From: Elusimicrobiota bacterium
GTDB taxonomy: Bacteria; Elusimicrobiota; Elusimicrobia; Elusimicrobiales; UBA9959
Direction: 5' to 3'
NCBI GenBank assembly: GCA_027340875.1
Contig: DAIENX010000078.1
Coordinates: 1-11,889 of the forward strand
DNA: 11,889 bases
The notes under the pieces are model-generated. The model saw only the letters and a program-made list of their open reading frames with translations, ran no database searches and was not told the origin of the DNA. The translations under genes and the position numbers were made by a program. Shown piece by piece: positions 7,163 to 11,889 of the stretch (its first letter is position 1; each line of letters begins with the position of its first letter).

Positions 7163-7181
7163 GTCAAATCCGCGTCAAATC
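7163..7181 (-). promoter_or_regulatory. Tandem direct repeat with 11-bp period, candidate OmpR/PhoB-family operator
   Basis: GTCAAATC at 7163-7170 and 7174-7181 (GATTTGAC twice on the minus strand), upstream of a TTGCCG-18-TATATT promoter-like element of the 6192-7100 gene. Confidence 0.5.
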
Positions 7182-7261
7182 GCGCGGCTGGCGGACGGTC
7201 AGCATCCCGTCTTGGAAATATCCGATTAGCTCTGCACACCTAATCTCTGCAATGCAAGCGA

Positions 7262-7374
7262 AGGGTGATAGGTATAAAAACCGCCTCGGAAGCCGAGGCT
7301 TGCATAGCGCCGAGGCTGAGAGCCGGAAGCGCGCGCACGGTGTGCGCGACGCTGTTTTTTAGACCTATCACCCT
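7262..7374. repeat. 113-bp MITE/REP-like element with terminal inverted repeats
   Basis: AGGGTGATAGGTATAAAAA (7262-7280) matches the reverse complement of 7356-7374 at 18/19 positions; internal hairpins GCCTCGG/CCGAGGC (7283-7299) and CGCGCAC/GTGCGCG (7332-7348). Confidence 0.55.
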
Positions 7375-7377
7375 GAG

Positions 7378-8067
7378 CTACTCGAACTTGTAGCCGTGGC
7401 CGGTCACGCTGACTATGTGGGAACCTATCCCTGCCCCCAGCTTCTTGCGAAGGGACGAGACGTGGACCCCTACGGTATGAGGATCGTTGTAGCTGGCAGG
7501 ATCGTAACCCCAGACGGTTTCCAGCAGGTAAGGCACGGCCAGCAGCCGCCCTTCCTCCGTTATCAGGGCCATCAGCAGGTCGAACTCCTTGCGGGTCAGC
7601 GTTACCAGCGAACCGCCCACCGTGACCGTGCGGCCGGACGGGTCTATGACCATGCCCAGCCTGTTGATCTTGTCCGTCTTCTCGGCCACGCCCTCGTAGC
7701 GCCGCATCACGGCCTTGATCTTAGCCAGCAGCACGGGGAAGGAGAAGGGCTTCAGGATATAGTCGTCGGCCCCTTTATTGTACCCGGCCAGAACGTCCTC
7801 CTCGCTTATCTTCCTTCCCGAAACGATGATCACCGGCACCCCGGAAAAACCCTCCGTTTCCTTGAGCGCCTTGCAAAGCGTGAAGCCGTCCAGGCCCTTC
7901 ATCTCGGCGTCGGTGATGACCAGGTCCGGTTTGGATTCCCGGGCCAGCTCCACCGCCTCCGAGCCGTTCACGGCCGGCGCCACCCTGAAGCCTCTTTCCT
8001 CCAGGAATCGCCGGGTGGAGTTCAGGACCAGCTGATCGTCGTCGACGAGAAGTATCTTTTTGAACAT
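7378..8067 (-). CDS. OmpR/PhoB-family response regulator (receiver + winged helix), 229 aa
   Basis: ILLVDDD...GADDYILKPF receiver; LTRKEFDLL...VWGY...TVGVHVSSLRKKL...VTGHGYKF DNA-binding domain. Start set at ATG 8067 after SD AAGGA; the ORF-track extension overlaps the upstream gene. Confidence 0.93.
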   Translation of the reverse strand: MFKKILLVDDDQLVLNSTRRFLEERGFRVAPAVNGSEAVELARESKPDLVITDAEMKGLDGFTLCKALKETEGFSGVPVIIVSGRKISEEDVLAGYNKGADDYILKPFSFPVLLAKIKAVMRRYEGVAEKTDKINRLGMVIDPSGRTVTVGGSLVTLTRKEFDLLMALITEEGRLLAVPYLLETVWGYDPASYNDPHTVGVHVSSLRKKLGAGIGSHIVSVTGHGYKFE

Positions 8068-8078
8068 AAATGGTTCCT

Positions 8079-8675
8079 TTATGCCAGAAGCCCGCGGCCC
8101 AGCGCCTCGGCCCTGCGCCTGTCCCCGGCCGTAAGCTCCGGTCTTTCCGTCATCGCGGACAGGCCGATAAAAAGCGTGCCCGACACCTTCGCTCCCACGC
8201 CGGCCGCCGTGACCTTGAGCGCCCGCATGGCGCCGGTGAACAGCCTGCCGAAAGGCGCTGGCATAGCGGCCGAGGTTATCAATACGGCTTTTTTCCCGCC
8301 GCGCGCCGGTCTCATGGCCGGAGCCTTGGCGCCCCACGGCCAGTACGCGTAAGGCCCGCCCCGCTCCATGAACTTCCTGAAGACGGCGGTAAGGTTGAAA
8401 CAGTTCACCGGGGCGGCCAGTATCAGGCCGTCGGCCGCGTCCACGGCGTCAAGGATGGCGTCCATGTCGTCGCGCAGCGGGCAGTCCCCGCGCTTGGAGC
8501 CCGGCTCCTGCATGCAGGAGCGGCAGTTGGTGCAGAACTCTATGTTCTTTTCCGTCAGCAGCACCGTCTCCACCGCCGCCCCGCCGGCCCTGGCCGCGGC
8601 GGCGGCAGCCTCCACGGCCTGGTCTATGGTGCCGCCGCGACGGTAGCTGCCGTTTATGGCCACTATCCTCTTCAT
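8079..8675 (-). CDS. Flavodoxin-family / iron-sulfur flavoprotein (NADPH-dependent FMN reductase family), 198 aa
   Basis: IVAINGSYRRGGT flavin-binding loop, CTNCRSC-x10-C, DDM...ADGLILAAPV...FMER. ATG 8675 overlaps the upstream stop (ATGA). Confidence 0.88.
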   Translation of the reverse strand: MKRIVAINGSYRRGGTIDQAVEAAAAAARAGGAAVETVLLTEKNIEFCTNCRSCMQEPGSKRGDCPLRDDMDAILDAVDAADGLILAAPVNCFNLTAVFRKFMERGGPYAYWPWGAKAPAMRPARGGKKAVLITSAAMPAPFGRLFTGAMRALKVTAAGVGAKVSGTLFIGLSAMTERPELTAGDRRRAEALGRGLLA

Positions 8676-9421
8676 AGTCCGAGATACTTGGCGGCCATGG
8701 GGACATCGTCCGTCCAGACGGCCCTGGCGCCCAGCTCCGCCAGCCTCCGCACGTCCCTCGGCCCGTTGGCTATCCCGGCCGAGATCTCTATCCCTTCCGC
8801 TTCGGCCTCTTTTACCTGCCTTGGAAAATCGAACGCGGAAGCCCCGAAATAGAACAGCTGCTTCGTCAGCGGCCAGTCCACCCAGCCGGCGCATACTTTG
8901 GAAGCGCCGGCCTCCCTGGCCGTTCCCGCAAGGTCGGAGGGAAAGAGCGGCATGACGGCGCGGCCGATGCCGGGAACCACTTCTCCGGCGGCGGCAAGTT
9001 GTCCCGCCTGGCAGGAGAAGACCAGCAGGTAGGACCTGGACTGCATTCCGGCACGTTCTATCTGGCGGGCCAGGTCCGCGGCGTCGGAGGGCCGGTCCAG
9101 CGAGAGCTCGAAATACATGTCCAGCCCGGGGCGCAGGATCATGAAGTTCAGAATATCGTCCAGGTGGGGTATCGGTTCCTTCCCCATGACGCGCAGGGTC
9201 TTAAGATGTCCCCAGGGAGTGCGGGCCACCTCCCAGGAGCGCCCGCACACCCTGGCCGTATCCTTGTCGTGGAAGGCAACGAACTGGCCGTCGGCCGTGC
9301 GGCGCATGTCGCACTCTATGGCCGCGGCCCCGTCGGAATAGGCCGTCCTGAAGGCGGCCAGAGTGTTCTCCGGGGCCCTGGCCATCCCTCCCCTGTGGGC
9401 ATAGACGGAAACCGGGCGCAT
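8672..9421 (-). CDS. Glycerophosphodiester phosphodiesterase family protein (GDPD, UgpQ/GlpQ-like)
   Basis: AHRG, PENTLAAF, IECDMRRTADG...HD, IPHLDDIL and C-terminal WTD motifs. Confidence 0.9.
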   Translation of the reverse strand: MRPVSVYAHRGGMARAPENTLAAFRTAYSDGAAAIECDMRRTADGQFVAFHDKDTARVCGRSWEVARTPWGHLKTLRVMGKEPIPHLDDILNFMILRPGLDMYFELSLDRPSDAADLARQIERAGMQSRSYLLVFSCQAGQLAAAGEVVPGIGRAVMPLFPSDLAGTAREAGASKVCAGWVDWPLTKQLFYFGASAFDFPRQVKEAEAEGIEISAGIANGPRDVRRLAELGARAVWTDDVPMAAKYLGL

Positions 9422-9433
9422 ATTAGGATTCTA
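9422..9433 (-). promoter_or_regulatory. -10 box directly before the start codon (leaderless-type)
   Basis: Minus strand TAGAAT (9433-9428) - CCTAAT - ATG (9421); no SD. Confidence 0.5.
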
Positions 9434-9451
9434 GTAAATCTGAACTGCCGG

Positions 9452-9494
9452 AAAACAGCGGAGGCCGGCGGGATCGGCTCCCTGCCGGCCTCCG
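9452..9494 (-). terminator. GC-rich hairpin, probable terminator after the deacetylase gene
   Basis: 11-bp perfect stem CGGAGGCCGGC (9459-9469) / GCCGGCCTCCG (9484-9494) plus a 4-bp extension; followed on the minus strand by CTGTTTT. Confidence 0.55.
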
Positions 9495-9510
9495 TGCGCG
9501 CAGTTGCGGT

Positions 9511-10617
9511 CTATCTGCCCCTGTACGCCTCGACCATCCGCTCCGGAGAAACGGTCCTGTAGCCGTTCTCGGCCAGCCACTTCACCAGGCGTTTCACGGC
9601 GGTGCGGCTCTGAGGGTGTATATCGTGCATCAGCACTATGCCTTTGCCGCGCTTCTGTATGAGGGAAATGGTGTTCTGGAAAAGCTGCTCCGGGTCCTTG
9701 GTGGACCAGTCCAGCGTGTCCACGGTCCAGCCGACCGGTACCAGCCCCAGCTCCGAATCGAGCGCCTTCACCGCCTCCGGCGTGATGATGCCGTACGGGG
9801 GCCGGAAGAAAGCGGGCGTGGAACCGGAAGCCCGGCCGATGGTTTCCTTGACGCCGCGCAACTGTTCCAGTATCTTCCCGGTGGAGTAGGCGGTAAGCGG
9901 TTTGCCGTTCTCGGTGGCGTGCCAGTAGCCGTGCACCGCCACCGCGTGTCCGGCGGCCGCCTCCCTGGCTACGCGCTCTTTGCCTTCCGCGCCCAGCTTG
10001 GAACCCAGCACGAAGAAGACCGCCTGCACTCCCGCGTCGCGCATATCCCGGGATACTTCGTCGGTCAGCGGGCCGGGACCGTCGTCGAATGTTATGATGA
10101 CCTCACCCTTCTTAAGGAACCCGTCGGACTGCACGAGGAACGGAACGTTGTTCTTGACCAGGTTGATCTGGCAGTAGCCCGGCTTTATCGGCACGCCGCG
10201 GGAAGGGGACGGGGGCAGGGCGGAATAGAAGGCGAACACGCCGTCGAGCTCCTCCCTGACGCGGTAGGAGACGCGCGCCGCGGTCCTGAACGGTGACGGG
10301 GAATACGGCCGGCCGGAAAGCAGCTCGATACGGGCGCCGGCATCCTCCAGCCTGGCCCTGAGGTACTGGCCGGCGGCGGAAGCTTCCAGGAACTGCGGGC
10401 TGGACTGCGGGGAGACGAAAGCGGCGTTGGAATAGGCCTCGAGAGCGGAATAGAGCTCGTCATACTCCCTCATCAGCGAGGACGCGTCCTCCCGGGCAGC
10501 GACGGCGGCGGGCACGGCGACCGGGCCGGGTTCCGGCAGGCGGAGCTCCTGCGCTACGGCGCTCGACAGAGGGAAGAATATGATAGTGGAAATCAGGGCG
10601 AGAAGGTTTTTGAGCAT
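9511..10617 (-). CDS. Secreted polysaccharide/peptidoglycan deacetylase (CE4, NodB domain)
   Basis: TFDDGP, HGYWH, RPPYG, DTLDW and LMHD motifs; N-terminal signal peptide. SD AGGAG lies 6 nt before ATG 10617; the alternative start 10623 has zero spacing. Confidence 0.9.
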   Translation of the reverse strand: MLKNLLALISTIIFFPLSSAVAQELRLPEPGPVAVPAAVAAREDASSLMREYDELYSALEAYSNAAFVSPQSSPQFLEASAAGQYLRARLEDAGARIELLSGRPYSPSPFRTAARVSYRVREELDGVFAFYSALPPSPSRGVPIKPGYCQINLVKNNVPFLVQSDGFLKKGEVIITFDDGPGPLTDEVSRDMRDAGVQAVFFVLGSKLGAEGKERVAREAAAGHAVAVHGYWHATENGKPLTAYSTGKILEQLRGVKETIGRASGSTPAFFRPPYGIITPEAVKALDSELGLVPVGWTVDTLDWSTKDPEQLFQNTISLIQKRGKGIVLMHDIHPQSRTAVKRLVKWLAENGYRTVSPERMVEAYRGR

Positions 10618-10736
10618 CGTCATCTCCTGCCCATATTATGGCAGTAATGGCGACGGCTCATAAGAGGCGAAAGGCCCCAGGGAGCGCGGTTATTGGACCT
10701 AGCGCGGGGTGGACCTATTGGACCGCCGGGACGCGC

Positions 10737-10838
10737 CTAAGGCCTTCCGCCGGTGATGAAATACCAGATGAGCAGGGAAATGATGAGCGAGAGCAGCTTT
10801 ATCTGCCAGTTGCGGGTAAAAAGCTCCGGAACGTTCAT
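10737..10838 (-). CDS. 33-aa single-pass membrane protein resembling the CdaR (YbbR) N-terminal anchor
   Basis: MNVPELFTRNWQIKLLSLIISLLIWYFITGGRP*; ATG 3 nt after the cdaA stop; NWxxKLLSLxxxxLxW pattern. Below the ORF-track size cutoff. Confidence 0.75.
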   Translation of the reverse strand: MNVPELFTRNWQIKLLSLIISLLIWYFITGGRP

Positions 10839-10841
10839 AGG

Positions 10842-11657
10842 TCAGGCCTGCGACTGATTGTCGGCGCGCGGCGCCTGGGCTTCCGCCCTGGGGGCGCGGC
10901 GCAGCAGCGTCTTCTCCGCCTTGGAGCGGTACAGCTGGTACAGCATGTCCTCGAGGTCTTTGGGATCCGCGTGCTGCTGCAGCTTGCCGTTGCGCGCCAC
11001 GGCCAGCGCGCCCGTCTCCTCCGAAACTATGATTATTATGGCGTCGGCCACCTCGCTGAGGCCAAGGGCCGCGCGGTGGCGCATGCCCAGGATCTTGGAA
11101 AGCTCCTGCTGCTCGGTAAGCGGCAGGATGCAGCCGGCGGCGACCAGCCTGTTGTTGGCTATCACGGCGGCGCCGTCGTGCAGCAGCGTGTTCTCGTGGA
11201 AGACGGTCAGCAGCAGCTCCTTGGAGATCTCGCCGTTTATGCGCACTCCGGTCTCCACGATATCGCGCAGCGCCATGTCCTGCTCGAGCACGATCAGCAT
11301 GCCCATCTTCTCGGCGGCGGCCGAGCGCACCGCCTCCATCATCTCGCCGATGAACTTATATTCCTGCGACACCATCACGCGGCCGAGCGGGTTGGAACCG
11401 ATGTTGGCCAGCGCGAAGCGTATCTCCGGCTGGAACACCACGATCAGCAGCACCATGCCGGCCACCCAGAACTGCTGCATCAGCCAGACGGTGGCCGACA
11501 GCCGGAACAGCTGCGCCACGGCGGTGATGACGGCGAGTATGGATACTCCCCAGATGACCTGCATGGCCCTGGTGCCTTTCAGCAGCAGGATCAGGCGGTA
11601 CACTATGTAGTATACCGCCGCGATGTCCGCCAGGGTCCTCAGGTAGTTAAAGTACAT
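10842..11657 (-). CDS. cdaA: Membrane-bound diadenylate cyclase CdaA (DacA), 271 aa
   Basis: N-terminal hydrophobic helices with KGTRAMQ and VVFQPEIR; DAC catalytic motifs HDGA and RHRAA, plus VSEETG. Start set at ATG 11657. Confidence 0.95.
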   Translation of the reverse strand: MYFNYLRTLADIAAVYYIVYRLILLLKGTRAMQVIWGVSILAVITAVAQLFRLSATVWLMQQFWVAGMVLLIVVFQPEIRFALANIGSNPLGRVMVSQEYKFIGEMMEAVRSAAAEKMGMLIVLEQDMALRDIVETGVRINGEISKELLLTVFHENTLLHDGAAVIANNRLVAAGCILPLTEQQELSKILGMRHRAALGLSEVADAIIIIVSEETGALAVARNGKLQQHADPKDLEDMLYQLYRSKAEKTLLRRAPRAEAQAPRADNQSQA

Positions 11658-11726
11658 TAGCTCGCTTCCGTCGCCGGCCGCTCCCGGCGGCCCGCGCTGC
11701 GCGCGCGGCATCAGGGCCTATGCCCG

Positions 11727-11889
11727 TCAAACCGCCTTCGCCGCCGCTATGATGCTGTCGATCTCCACGGCGTCCACGACCTCGTTCTCTATCAGGCGGG
11801 CGGCTATCGCGTCCAGGGCCTTCCGGTTGCCGGTCAGAGCGGCCTTGGCCTTCATGTAGCAGTCGCTGACTATGCGCTTGATCTCGTCG
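11727..11889 (-). CDS. ftsH: ATP-dependent zinc metalloprotease FtsH, C-terminal fragment (partial)
   Basis: Translates as DEIKRIVSDCYMKAKAALTGNRKALDAIAARLIENEVVDAVEIDSII..., matching the M41 peptidase C-terminus (DxEV+xI+xxxYxxAxxxLxxNxxxLxx+AxxLxExE); ftsH commonly lies upstream of cdaA. Confidence 0.85.
   Translation of the reverse strand, partial: DEIKRIVSDCYMKAKAALTGNRKALDAIAARLIENEVVDAVEIDSIIAAAKAV

Noticed and set aside
7318..7374. Group II intron domain V/VI remnant (GAGAGCCGG...CCTAT)
   Set aside because: The AGC-containing 5' strand has no complementary CGGTTC 3' strand; the terminal inverted repeat explains the region better.
8068..8894. N-terminal extensions given in the ORF track for the response regulator (8337) and flavoprotein (8894)
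   Set aside because: They overlap neighbouring genes; family N-termini begin at 8067 and 8675, supported by an SD and an ATGA overlap.
10638..11660. 340-aa plus-strand ORF opposite cdaA
   Set aside because: Antisense shadow of cdaA and the mini-cdaR ORF, with no motifs.
1..11889. CRISPR array, transposase, integrase or defence system
   Set aside because: No regularly spaced repeats and no ORF with such motifs seen.

Overview
GC-rich bacterial chromosomal window. Gene style loosely suggests a lineage such as Elusimicrobiota, but this is only an impression. Left to right: a minus-strand operon of an Mg2+-translocating P-type ATPase (MgtA/B) translationally coupled to a PTS EIIA-domain protein; a tRNA-Ser(CGA) with a long, highly structured upstream leader; a cytoplasmic hybrid REC-GAF-like histidine kinase plus a single-domain response regulator; a secreted FlgO/CsgG-like protein; a minus-strand glycerophosphodiester phosphodiesterase / Fe-S flavoprotein / OmpR-family regulator cluster; a secreted CE4 polysaccharide deacetylase; the diadenylate cyclase cdaA; and the 3' end of ftsH. 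Most notable: (1) an unannotated 33-aa ORF right after cdaA that looks like only the membrane anchor of the c-di-AMP regulator CdaR ('mini-CdaR'); (2) the MgtA-EIIA pairing with an apparently leaderless promoter; (3) a perfect four-way-junction RNA element abutting tRNA-Ser; (4) a 113-bp MITE-like inverted-repeat element; (5) an 11-bp-periodic OmpR-type box upstream of the FlgO-like gene. All family calls are from motif recognition by eye; no searches were run.
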